Below, piece by piece: positions 8,366-16,614 of a stretch of DNA of 64,000 nt. The DNA is taken from NCBI GenBank assembly GCA_900539345.1, contig UQBS01000005.1:610-64609 (forward strand), read 5' to 3'. This DNA is from an uncultured Coriobacteriaceae bacterium (GTDB taxonomy: Bacteria > Actinomycetota > Coriobacteriia > Coriobacteriales > UMGS124). The stretch's first letter is position 1. Every line of letters starts with the position of its first letter. The notes below the pieces were generated by a model that was given only the letters and a program-made list of their open reading frames with translations, did not search any database and was not told where the DNA came from. The position numbers and the translations under genes are program-made.

Positions 8366-9430
8366 TTAAACGTTGAAGCGGAAGTGCATGACGTCGCCGT
8401 CCTGCACCACATAATCCTTACCTTCGACGCGCAGCTTGCCGGCAGCCTTGGCGCCAGCCTCACCGCCAAGCTCGACATAGTCGTCGTAAGCAATGGTCTC
8501 AGCACGGATGAAACCGCGCTCGAAGTCGGAGTGAATGACGCCTGCAGCCTGGGGTGCAGTGTCGCCGATATGGATGGTCCAAGCCTTGACCTCCATCTCG
8601 CCGGCCGTGAAGAAGGACTGCAGACCCAGCAGGTTATAGGCAGCCTTGGCCAGACGGCTGAGGCCGGACTCTTTCAGACCAAGGTCAGCCAGATACATGG
8701 CTGCGTCTTCCTCATCGAGCTCGGCGAGCTCGCTCTCGATCTTGGCACACAGAGGAAGCGGCTTGATGCCACCGATTTCGGGAAGGTCAGCCGTAACCTG
8801 GTCCTCGTCGACGTTGGCGAGCACCATGATGGGCTTCATGGTCATGAGGTGCAGGTCGTAGAGATGAGCGCGCTCTTCGTCATCCATCTCCATGGAGCGG
8901 GCGGGGTTGCCCTCGTTCATCCAAGTGGCAACGCGCTTCACGGTCTCGTACTTGGCAGAAAGCTCCTTATCGCGCTTTGCATCCTTCTCAAGGCGCGGCA
9001 GAGCCTTCTCGACCGTGGCAAGGTCAGCCAGGACAAGCTCAGTGCGAATGATGTCGAAGTCGCTCTCGGGGTTGGTACAGCAATCGGAGCGAACAATGTC
9101 GGGATCCTCGAAATAGCGCACGACCTCGCAGATGGCGTCGCACTCACGGATGTTCGCGAGGAACTGGTTGCCCAGGCCCTCACCCTGGCTGGCACCCTTC
9201 ACCAAACCGGCGATGTCAACAAACTCGACGGTGGCGGGCACGATACGGCCGGGATGTACGATGTTGGCAAGCTTCTGGAGTCGCTCGTCAGGCACAGGCA
9301 CGATGCCCTGGTTGGGCTCGATAGTCGCAAAGGGATAGTTCGCCGCCAAGATGTTCTGCTTGGTGAGCGAGTTGAAGAGCGTCGACTTGCCCACGTTGGG
9401 CAGGCCGACGATGCCGATGGAGAGGGCCAT
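8366..9430 (-). CDS. ychF: ribosome-binding ATPase YchF
   Basis: MALSIGIVGLPNVGKSTLFN..., TIEPN, FVDIAGLVKGAS, C-terminal TGS-like GDVMHFRFNV. AAGGAG RBS. Confidence 0.95.
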   Translation of the reverse strand: MALSIGIVGLPNVGKSTLFNSLTKQNILAANYPFATIEPNQGIVPVPDERLQKLANIVHPGRIVPATVEFVDIAGLVKGASQGEGLGNQFLANIRECDAICEVVRYFEDPDIVRSDCCTNPESDFDIIRTELVLADLATVEKALPRLEKDAKRDKELSAKYETVKRVATWMNEGNPARSMEMDDEERAHLYDLHLMTMKPIMVLANVDEDQVTADLPEIGGIKPLPLCAKIESELAELDEEDAAMYLADLGLKESGLSRLAKAAYNLLGLQSFFTAGEMEVKAWTIHIGDTAPQAAGVIHSDFERGFIRAETIAYDDYVELGGEAGAKAAGKLRVEGKDYVVQDGDVMHFRFNV

Positions 9431-9511
9431 GTCACTCCTTGCAGTCGCAAACACGCTTCGATACGGGCAGATACCAAATCAATCGGAAGTAAATTATAGG
9501 TCCAAGCGAAC

Positions 9512-9539
9512 AAAAAAGGGCCGCCCCTGCGGGCGGCCC
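9512..9539 (-). terminator. rho-independent terminator downstream of the cytochrome gene
   Basis: GGGCCGCCC-gcag-GGGCGGCCC followed by TTTTTTG on the minus strand. Confidence 0.85.
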
Positions 9540-9572
9540 ATAGAATCACTTGCCTGGTGCTTGATTCCGCGC

Positions 9573-10814
9573 TTAGGCCTGAGCCTGAGCGAGAGCCTCG
9601 TCAACGGCCGAGAAGATGGCCTTGGAGGTGACGGTAGCACCGGAGACAGCGTCGACGCCGGCAGTGCCGTTGGCGGCAACAATGGCCTCGGGGAGCTGCT
9701 CGATGGCGTTGCTGCCAATGCCCTGGGTCTCGGAGTTGTCACCAACGGTGACCTCAGCGACCTTGCCGTCCTTGACGGTCACGGTCACAGGGACGTCGCC
9801 GCCAATGCCCTTGCCAGCGGCGGTGTACTCGCCGTCGGTGTAGGTGGCGTCGGAAGCGGCGGCCTCGGTGCTGGCGGAGTCAGCAGCGGGCTCCTCGGCG
9901 GCCTCGGCGGTCCAACCCTCGGGGAGGTTCTCCTCGGTGAAGACGCCGGCGTGGCAGGCGGCGCAAGCAGCAACAGACCTCTCAGCGTGGCAGGTCTGGC
10001 AGCTGAAGTCCTCGATGAAGCCCTCGTGAGCGGTCTTCATCTCGTCAGACATGGAGTGGAAGTTGAAGGGCTGGTCGTTCCAGGTGTACTTAGCCTCAAC
10101 GCCAGCCATGTCGAGCTCGCGAACCTTGGTGCCGTCGTGGCAAGAAGCGCACTTGTCAGAGGGAACGGCGTTCATGTGGTCGGCCATAGCGTTGACCTTA
10201 ACCTCGGGGGTGGTCCAACCCTCGGGAACCTCAACCATGCCGTCATGGCACTCGGCGCACACCATGGTAGAGGTCTTGTGCACGCTGTGGCAGTCGCCGC
10301 AGGTGATGTTCAGACCAGCATGGGCGTCGATGGCGGGCATGTTGTGGGGATCGATGACCTGATCCTTGGTGGACTCTTCCTTGGTGGGAGCATGGTTGAA
10401 CTCATCAAGGTTGCCGTCGTGGCAAGAACCGCAGAACTCGTCGTTGACGAACTCCTTGTGGTCGGTCAGCGGGTCGGTGTAGGAATCGCTGACGTAGAGG
10501 ACGACCTCATGCACGAGGTCCATCATCTTGGCCTGGCTCCAGTGGCAGCCAAGGCAGGTGACGTCGGCCTCAGCGTGCTTGGAGACGAGCAGGGCGTCAT
10601 CCTCGCTGTAGTAGCCATCGACGTACTTCGTCATGTTGTTGTGGCAGATGGCGCTGCAGAAGCTCGGCTCCTCGTGCCAATGCAGGAACGCCGTGAAAAA
10701 CGCGATGACGGCAATGAAAATCACGGAAAGAACGATGGGCCAAACCTTGGTCTTAGGGGCCTTGGTCTTCTTCATCGTCTCAGACTCCGTCGTCACCTTC
10801 TCCTCTTCGGACAT
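9573..10814 (-). CDS. membrane-anchored multihaem cytochrome c (NapC/NirT/NrfH-like) fused to a C-terminal FMN_bind domain
   Basis: N-terminal TM helix VWPIVLSVIFIAVIAFFTAFL. Seven CxxCH motifs (CLGCH, CGSCH, CGDCH, CAECH, CASCH, CQTCH, CAACH) plus one CX3CH (CSAICH). The C-terminal roughly 90 aa (GKGIGGDVPVTVTVKDGKV...GVDAVSGATVTSKAI) is an FMN_bind domain. ATG 10814 with a GAGGAGGAG RBS. Confidence 0.85.
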   Translation of the reverse strand: MSEEEKVTTESETMKKTKAPKTKVWPIVLSVIFIAVIAFFTAFLHWHEEPSFCSAICHNNMTKYVDGYYSEDDALLVSKHAEADVTCLGCHWSQAKMMDLVHEVVLYVSDSYTDPLTDHKEFVNDEFCGSCHDGNLDEFNHAPTKEESTKDQVIDPHNMPAIDAHAGLNITCGDCHSVHKTSTMVCAECHDGMVEVPEGWTTPEVKVNAMADHMNAVPSDKCASCHDGTKVRELDMAGVEAKYTWNDQPFNFHSMSDEMKTAHEGFIEDFSCQTCHAERSVAACAACHAGVFTEENLPEGWTAEAAEEPAADSASTEAAASDATYTDGEYTAAGKGIGGDVPVTVTVKDGKVAEVTVGDNSETQGIGSNAIEQLPEAIVAANGTAGVDAVSGATVTSKAIFSAVDEALAQAQA

Positions 10815-10959
10815 GGGTAACTCCTCCTCTTCCTGGCACGGGCCAGTCTGCCCGCGTCCCTTACCTAACCTAGCTGATGATAGTTTTAGCCGCGAGGTCG
10901 GGCAACAATCAAATGCGCGGAACTGCACTCAAGCCGCCGAATTCTGCCTAACCGCCACA

Positions 10960-11008
10960 AATTGTTGCCATTCGACAACAATTATAGAGGGCGGGTGGTT
11001 TCTTTCAA
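10960..11008 (-). promoter_or_regulatory. sigma70-like promoter (TTGAAA-N16-TATAAT) with an overlapping palindromic operator, upstream of the cytochrome gene
   Basis: On the minus strand: TTGAAA (11008-11003), a 16-nt spacer, then TATAAT (10986-10981). Inverted repeat AATTGTTG-N8-CAACAATT (10960-10983) overlaps the -10 box. A third half-site-like GATTGTTGCC lies further downstream on the minus strand. Confidence 0.5.
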
Positions 11009-11012
11009 GGCG

Positions 11013-12302
11013 TTAGAGCTTCTCTCCGCGGGCCTCGGCCTCGTCGGCTTCCTTCTCCAGCATGTCAATCATCTTCTGGCCGTACTTCTTGGCCTTCTCG
11101 CGGTTCTCGGCTTCCTTCTGGCGCTGCTTCTCGTCTTCCTCGACCTTCTTCTTGGTCTCGGGGTCGTCGACGATGAGGCGGTTGCCGTCAACTTCGATAA
11201 ACTCGATGGCGTCGAGAGGACAGATGTCCGAACACAGGGCGCATGCCACACAGTGCGTGGTGAGTACCGAAATCTTGCCCCCCACGATGTCGATCGCGTT
11301 CATGGGGCACACATCGGCGCACTCGCCGCAGCCGTCGCACTTGTCAGTGGACTGGGGGGCGTCGAGCAAAATGTTGCCAGCCGTCTTGGGATGGTTGGCA
11401 AGAGCCACGAGCATGAGCTGGCGGGTGTTGGTGAGCACGCGCTTCTTGTTTTCGGTGTTCTGTGCACCAGTCAGACGGTCGAGCGACTTCTGCAGCTCGG
11501 TAATCTGCTTGGAATGCTTGGCAAGCTTCTCGGCACCACGAGCGAGCTTGGCGGTGAGGGGGTTCACCTTCGAGGCCGTCATGCCAAGCGACTTGAGGGA
11601 GCCGTTGACAAAGGCCTTGCGCTCGGCCTGATGGTCGACCTCGAGCACCATGTCGCGCTCGCGCTCCACAAGGTCGACGGTCTCGCCGCTCCACTGCTCG
11701 CCCAACGTGATGGCGTCGGTGTAGCACTCCTCGCCGGTGGTGGTGCGGCACTTGTCGCAGATGCCGCGCGGCAGATAGATGCCGACGTTGCCATACTCGC
11801 ACAGAATCGAGTACCACACCTCGGCCGAGACGTCGCCCACGCAGGGCAGGACTACCTGAGCGGCCTCGGGCACATGACCCAGGGCGCGCGTGCAGGTGAC
11901 GTAAACCATCTCGTTGGCCTCGGCAGCCTTGCAGATCTTGTCGTAGAGCATCTTGGGGGCGTGCATGCTCGACACGAGGGCGTCGGTGGGGCAGGCAGCC
12001 ACGCACAGGCCGCACTTGCGGCAGTCGCTCTTGATCTCAAGCGCGCCGTCGTCATCGAAGAAGATGGAGTCTGTCGGGCAAACCTGCAGGCACAGGTCGC
12101 AGCTGGCGTCCTCCTTCTTGCAACGCACGCACATGGCGGAGTTGCCCTTGGGGACGACCTTGTAATCCGACGGCGTCCACACGGGCTCAGCGCTCTCCTC
12201 CGTGGTGGCTCCGCGCACAAAGGCGGTCTCGTCAGAGATCTCGCCCGTGATGGCCTGGAACTCCTTTTGCAGGCCTATGAGTTCGTCGAGGAAGTCTGCC
12301 AT
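11013..12302 (-). CDS. polyferredoxin-like protein (several 4Fe-4S ferredoxin-type Cys motifs) with a Lys/Glu-rich C-terminal tail
   Basis: Cys clusters: CVRCKKEDASCDLCLQVCP, CRKCGLCVAACP, CDKCRTTTGEEC, CDGCGECADVCP, CVACALCSDICP. C-terminal tail DDPETKKKVEEDEKQRQKEAENREKAKKY... No TM segment seen. Confidence 0.75.
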   Translation of the reverse strand: MADFLDELIGLQKEFQAITGEISDETAFVRGATTEESAEPVWTPSDYKVVPKGNSAMCVRCKKEDASCDLCLQVCPTDSIFFDDDGALEIKSDCRKCGLCVAACPTDALVSSMHAPKMLYDKICKAAEANEMVYVTCTRALGHVPEAAQVVLPCVGDVSAEVWYSILCEYGNVGIYLPRGICDKCRTTTGEECYTDAITLGEQWSGETVDLVERERDMVLEVDHQAERKAFVNGSLKSLGMTASKVNPLTAKLARGAEKLAKHSKQITELQKSLDRLTGAQNTENKKRVLTNTRQLMLVALANHPKTAGNILLDAPQSTDKCDGCGECADVCPMNAIDIVGGKISVLTTHCVACALCSDICPLDAIEFIEVDGNRLIVDDPETKKKVEEDEKQRQKEAENREKAKKYGQKMIDMLEKEADEAEARGEKL

Positions 12303-12422
12303 TCTGTGTGCCTTTCCCTCTTAGCAGCCCTATGTCCCAATATGAAACAGGCCCGCAGGTCTTGCGCCCACGGGCCCGAGGTGCAGCGTACCCATTTTGC
12401 GCCGCACCCGTACGCTTAAGTT

Positions 12423-14390
12423 CTAGTAGAGCTTGGCACCTGCGGGGATGGCGTCGCTCACCATCAGCAGGTTGAGGCGCTCCTCGTCGTCCACCTTATG
12501 GATGGCGGAAAGCAGCATGCCGCACGAATCGATGCCCATCATCTTGCGCGGGGGCAGGTTCGTGATGGCCACGAGGGTCTTGCCCACAAGCTGCTCGGGC
12601 TCGTAGTAGGCATGGATGCCCGACAGGATGGTGCGGTCAGCACCCGTGCCGTCGTCAAGCGTGAACTGCAGGAGCTTCTTGGACTTGGGCACCGCGGCGC
12701 AGGCCTTGACCTTCACGGCGCGGAAGTCGGACTTGGAGAACGTCTCGAAGTCAACGGAGTCCTCGAAGAGCGGCTCAATCTGGATGTTCTCCAGCTCTGC
12801 GGCGGCGATGGGCTCGCAAGCTTCCTCAACAGGCGCGCTTGCCACAGCAGCCTGCTCGGCAGCCTTGGCAGCAGCGGCACCGCTCTTGGTGCCGGCCTCG
12901 GGCTTCATGTGCGGGAACAGCAGCACGTCGCGGATGGAGGCGGAGTTGGTAAGCAGCATGACCACGCGGTCGATGCCGATGCCGATGCCGCCCGCAGGGG
13001 GCATGCCGTACTCGAGGGCACGCACGTAGTCCTCGTCGTACTCCATGGCCTCGTCGTCGCCGGCAAACTTCTCCTCCACCTGCTTGCGGAAACGCTCGGC
13101 CTGATCGACAGGGTCATTGAGCTCGGAGAACGCATTGGCGTACTCGTGGCCGGCAATAACGAGCTCGAAGCGGTGCGTGAGACGCGGATCGTCCTCGAAA
13201 CGCTTGGCCAGAGGCGAGACCTCAATGGGGTAATCGCACACGAAGGTGGGGTTCACGATCGTGTCCTCGCCCAGCTCGTCGTAGATCTCGGCGATGATCT
13301 TGCCGGCGGTCCACTCGGGCTTGATCTCGATGCCCTTGGCGCGGGCGGCGCTGGCAAGCTCCTCGACGGGCGTGTCGAGCGTGACCTTGTAGCCAAGCAC
13401 GTCGGAGACGATGTCGGTCATGGGACGGCAGGCCCACTCGCCCGACAGGTCGATGGTCTGGCCCTGATATTCGATGACCTCGGGGTTGCCCACGGCCTTG
13501 TTAGCGGCCTTGATGACACCCTCGGCGAGCCTCTTCATGCCCTCCAGGTCGGAATAGGCGCGATAGGCCTCCATCGTGGTGAACTCGGGGTTGTGCGTGA
13601 GGTCCATGCCCTCGTTACGGAAGATGCGGCCGACCTCGAACACGGCCTCGAAACCGCCCACAAGCAGACGCTTGAGGTGCAGCTCAGTCGCGATACGCAG
13701 GTAGCACTCCTGGTTGAGTGCATTGAAGTGCGTAATAAACGGCTTTGCGGTGGCGCCACCCTGGATGGTCTGCAGGATGGGGGTCTCCACCTCCATGTAG
13801 CCGTCGGCCTCCATGTAGCGGCGGAACGTCGACAGGATGAGCGAGCGCTTGCGGAAGGTCTCGCGCACGTCATCGTTCACGATGAGGTCCACATAGCGCT
13901 GACGATAGCGCGTCTCTTTGTCGGACAGACCGTGGAACTTCTCGGGCAGGGGGCGCACACTCTTGGAGAGCAGGCGCACACCCGTAGGCGCAATGGAGAG
14001 CTCGCCGCGACGAGTGCGCACGACAATGCCCTTGGCCTCGACGATATCGCCCAGGTCGAAGGCCTTGACACTGGCAAGACCTTCCTCACCCAGGTCGTTG
14101 ATACGACAGAAGAGCTGGATGGTGCCCGTGGAATCCTGCAGCTCGATGAAGATGACCTTGCCCTGGCCACGCTTGGCACGCACGCGACCGGCAACGCTCA
14201 CGACGTCGGCCGTGTCGGCGCCGTCCTCGAGGGTGGCGTAACGCTCCACCAGGTCGGCGACATGGTCACTGACCTGACAGTGCTCGGGGTAAGGGTTGAC
14301 GCCGGCCTCAATGAGAGCAGAACGGCGACCGAGGCGCACACTGCGCTCGTCGAGCAGGGCGACGTCGCCCTGAGGCTGATCGGCCGCCAT
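12423..14390 (-). CDS. lysS: lysine--tRNA ligase (class II) with an appended C-terminal Trbp111/EMAP-like tRNA-binding domain
   Basis: Class II motifs (FRNEGMDLTHNPEFT, ELVIAGHEYANAFSELNDP, GIGIGIDRVVMLL). Residues 498-655 are extra: an Ala-rich linker followed by FRAVKVKACAAVPKSKKLLQFTLDDGTG...LVGKTLVAITNLPPRKMMGIDSCGMLLSA. Confidence 0.95.
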   Translation of the reverse strand: MAADQPQGDVALLDERSVRLGRRSALIEAGVNPYPEHCQVSDHVADLVERYATLEDGADTADVVSVAGRVRAKRGQGKVIFIELQDSTGTIQLFCRINDLGEEGLASVKAFDLGDIVEAKGIVVRTRRGELSIAPTGVRLLSKSVRPLPEKFHGLSDKETRYRQRYVDLIVNDDVRETFRKRSLILSTFRRYMEADGYMEVETPILQTIQGGATAKPFITHFNALNQECYLRIATELHLKRLLVGGFEAVFEVGRIFRNEGMDLTHNPEFTTMEAYRAYSDLEGMKRLAEGVIKAANKAVGNPEVIEYQGQTIDLSGEWACRPMTDIVSDVLGYKVTLDTPVEELASAARAKGIEIKPEWTAGKIIAEIYDELGEDTIVNPTFVCDYPIEVSPLAKRFEDDPRLTHRFELVIAGHEYANAFSELNDPVDQAERFRKQVEEKFAGDDEAMEYDEDYVRALEYGMPPAGGIGIGIDRVVMLLTNSASIRDVLLFPHMKPEAGTKSGAAAAKAAEQAAVASAPVEEACEPIAAAELENIQIEPLFEDSVDFETFSKSDFRAVKVKACAAVPKSKKLLQFTLDDGTGADRTILSGIHAYYEPEQLVGKTLVAITNLPPRKMMGIDSCGMLLSAIHKVDDEERLNLLMVSDAIPAGAKLY

Positions 14391-14869
14391 TAGCGGGCCT
14401 CAACAGCCGTGACGGTATAGATGAGCGTCTTGCCGGCCGGGCTCACGAACGACACCGTGTCGCCGGCCTTGTGATCCATCAGAGCCTTGCCCAGCGGCGA
14501 CTCGTTGGAAATCTTGCCCTCGCGCGGGCTAGCCTCGGCGGTGCCCACGAGAGTGTAAACGCGCTCCTTGCCAGCGGCATCCTGCAGGTGCACGACATGG
14601 CCAATCGTGATGCGGCCGCCCTTGGTGGGAGCCGCGACAACGATGCAGTTGGCAAGCTGCTGCTTGAGCACCTGGATGCGGTTCTCATTAGATGCCTGCT
14701 CGTCCTTGGCGTCGTCGTACTCGGAGTTCTCGGAAAGGTCGCCAAAGTCGCGGGCCACGGCGATGGCCTCGGTGATGCGCTCGCGCTCGGTGGTCTCGCG
14801 CCAGGCAAGCTCCTCCTCAAGCTTGAGCTTGCCTTCGGGGGAAAGCACGATTGCCTTGCCTACTTCCAT
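14390..14869 (-). CDS. greA: transcription elongation factor GreA
   Basis: 159 aa. DLSENSEYDDAKDEQ coiled-coil tip and a C-terminal FKBP-like domain. TAATG overlap with the lysS start. Confidence 0.95.
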   Translation of the reverse strand: MEVGKAIVLSPEGKLKLEEELAWRETTERERITEAIAVARDFGDLSENSEYDDAKDEQASNENRIQVLKQQLANCIVVAAPTKGGRITIGHVVHLQDAAGKERVYTLVGTAEASPREGKISNESPLGKALMDHKAGDTVSFVSPAGKTLIYTVTAVEAR

Positions 14870-14989
14870 GGTAAATCTCCTTGTTTCAGCCCTGGCACGG
14901 GCCTCGCCGGCAACAGGGACGTACTTGTTTACGACAAGTGCCCGTCACACATGGCGGGCACCGTTAGAACCTCTCAATAAACGCCGCGC

Positions 14990-15019
14990 GGCGCACGCCT
15001 TCGGTAGAAGACGTGCGCC
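14990..15019 (-). terminator. possible terminator after tatA
   Basis: 8-bp stem GGCGCACG/CGTGCGCC with a 14-nt loop. On the minus strand a GC-rich 8-mer and then TTTATT follow. The weak U-tract keeps confidence low. Confidence 0.4.
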
Positions 15020-15049
15020 ACGCTGTTTAATGCTTGTGATACGACAGGC

Positions 15050-15355
15050 TTACTCGTCGTCGTCAGCGGCGGCCTTCTTGGCAGCAGCGCTGCGCTTCTT
15101 GGCTGCGGGCTTCTTGGCAGCCTCGTCCTCCACGACGTCGGCGTCGTCCTCGTCGACAACCTCGACCTCTTCCTCAACGGCAGCGGTCTTCTTGGAAGAA
15201 GCCTCCTCGTCCTCGTCAGACATGCCCTTGCGCAGGTTCTTCACGGTCTTGCCCAGGGAAGCGCCGAGCTTCGGGAGGTTCTTGGGCCCGAAGATCAGAA
15301 GAACAACGACAAGGATGATGAGGAGCTCAGGAACGCCCATACCCAGAATCTTCAT
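15050..15355 (-). CDS. tatA: twin-arginine translocase subunit TatA/E
   Basis: [44 protein letters not shown], then an acidic/Lys-rich tail. GGAGG RBS. The 324-aa ORF in the track is an artefactual upstream extension. Confidence 0.9.
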   Translation of the reverse strand: MKILGMGVPELLIILVVVLLIFGPKNLPKLGASLGKTVKNLRKGMSDEDEEASSKKTAAVEEEVEVVDEDDADVVEDEAAKKPAAKKRSAAAKKAAADDDE

Positions 15356-15517
15356 ACCACAATCCTCCATTAACGGTGGCGGACTTGAATGTGCCTGCGT
15401 CTTCGCAAGAACCCGCCGGTTTTCGGTACGGGGGTATAGTACCCCACGAACCACGCCTATACACGCAAATTTGCAATGCTTTGCGACCAATTTTTCTCGA
15501 CAGGCGCAATTCACAGC

Positions 15518-15551
15518 AAAAAGGGCCGTTGCTTGCGAGAAGCAACGGCCC
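15518..15551 (-). terminator. rho-independent terminator downstream of tRNA-Pro
   Basis: Perfect 12-bp stem GGGCCGTTGCTT / AAGCAACGGCCC with a 5-nt loop. TTTTTG follows on the minus strand. Confidence 0.8.
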
Positions 15552-15566
15552 TTGCATGTACCAAAC

Positions 15567-15643
15567 TGGTCGGGTTGACTGGATTTGAACCAGCGACCTC
15601 TGCGTCCCGAACGCAGCGCTCTACCAAGCTGAGCCACAACCCG
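15567..15643 (-). tRNA. tRNA-Pro (anticodon CGG), CCA encoded
   Basis: Reverse complement: CGGGTTGTGGCTCAGCTTGGTAGAGCGCTGCGTTCGGGACGCAGAGGTCGCTGGTTCAAATCCAGTCAACCCGACCA. 7-bp acceptor stem, anticodon stem CTGCG/CGCAG with loop TTCGGGA, and a TTCAAAT T-loop. Confidence 0.95.
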
Positions 15644-15761
15644 GACTTCGATATAGTAACAGACTTTTGCTGACGTCAACCCAACTTCTTTGAATTGTGG
15701 AGAAAGTGGGACTACACGCCACAAATGCCGAGCGGGCCACCACGTTCGAGGCGCGTCAACC

Positions 15762-16511
15762 CTAGATAACGATTGCGCCGATGCAGCCAAGCACGAGGAT
15801 GTGCACGGGATAGTACAGGTAGAAGAACCACTTAAGGGACCTGCCCCGCGATCCGTCGTAGGCACGTAGCAGGCAAAGCGCCCCCACCCCGCCCACAAGC
15901 TCGTACAAAAGCTCGGGCATCGACGCCGCATCGCCCTGAAGCACACCGCCCAATGCAGGCAGCCCCAGGGCCAGGATGGCAAGAAGCGTCGGGTAAGTGC
16001 GGCGGTCTGGCTCGGGCAGCACATGGGCCATGAGGATCATCACGGGACCCAAGACGCCCCAGTCGAGAACGACGCTTGCAACCGTGCTAGCCACGAACAG
16101 CGCCCAAAAGGCCGGCCGACACCTCATGCGGTCGTAGGCGACGAGCATCGCAAGGCCCAGCAAAAGGGTAAACAAGACATTGCCGGTACAGGGCAGCTGA
16201 AGCAAGGTCTCGCCCAAGTCAAGTACAACCGGCTCAAAGAACAGGCTGTACGGAACCTGAGAGACGACGGCAAACGCAAAGAGACGGCCCGCATAGCGAC
16301 GCACGTTGTGCGTATGGCGATACCCCTCGCTCACGAGGAAGGCCATAATGGGAAACGTGAGACCGCCGAAAGCCTCGCAGACGCAATACACCCAGAACGG
16401 CAGCACGGCCTGGAAGATGACGCCCGCATGGCACAACGTCATGCCTACAATGGCAGCCATCTTGAGCGAAAACGACGAAACAGGAGGAAGGGGGCGCGAC
16501 GGCATGGGCAT
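15762..16511 (-). CDS. TraX-family membrane protein (acyltransferase-like)
   Basis: Polytopic membrane protein with TraX-like motifs ([60 protein letters not shown]). Start is ATG 16511 or 16505; the upstream 83 codons are discarded. Confidence 0.75.
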   Translation of the reverse strand: MPMPSRPLPPVSSFSLKMAAIVGMTLCHAGVIFQAVLPFWVYCVCEAFGGLTFPIMAFLVSEGYRHTHNVRRYAGRLFAFAVVSQVPYSLFFEPVVLDLGETLLQLPCTGNVLFTLLLGLAMLVAYDRMRCRPAFWALFVASTVASVVLDWGVLGPVMILMAHVLPEPDRRTYPTLLAILALGLPALGGVLQGDAASMPELLYELVGGVGALCLLRAYDGSRGRSLKWFFYLYYPVHILVLGCIGAIVI

Positions 16512-16614
16512 TCCCGATTCTGACAATGAGGCAAACAGCGGACGGACAAAGAAAGAACGACCGCACGGCGTGCTTGGCGCCCCGGCGGCTGCGGCCCTGT
16601 GCTTTGCGGCCGCC

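Noticed and set aside
12341-12380. Terminator after lysS (GGCCCG ... CGGGCC followed by TTTCATATT on the minus strand).
   Set aside because: The stem is only 6-8 bp with mismatches, and the U-tract is interrupted. This is not strong enough to annotate, and lysS may be co-transcribed with the polyferredoxin gene.
15050-16024. 324-aa minus-strand ORF spanning tatA, the tRNA-Pro gene and the 3' end of the TraX gene.
   Set aside because: Only the last 101 codons (the TatA motif with its own GGAGG RBS) are credible. The rest runs through a tRNA gene, a strong terminator and another gene's reading frame.
16306-16614. Upstream part of the CPBP protease ORF, and an ATG at 16504 that would overlap the divergent TraX start codons (16505/16511).
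   Set aside because: This part is antisense to the TraX coding region and has no membrane or CPBP features. Exactly overlapping divergent start codons would leave no room for either promoter. A downstream ATG (16615 or 16648) is preferred, but the true start remains uncertain.
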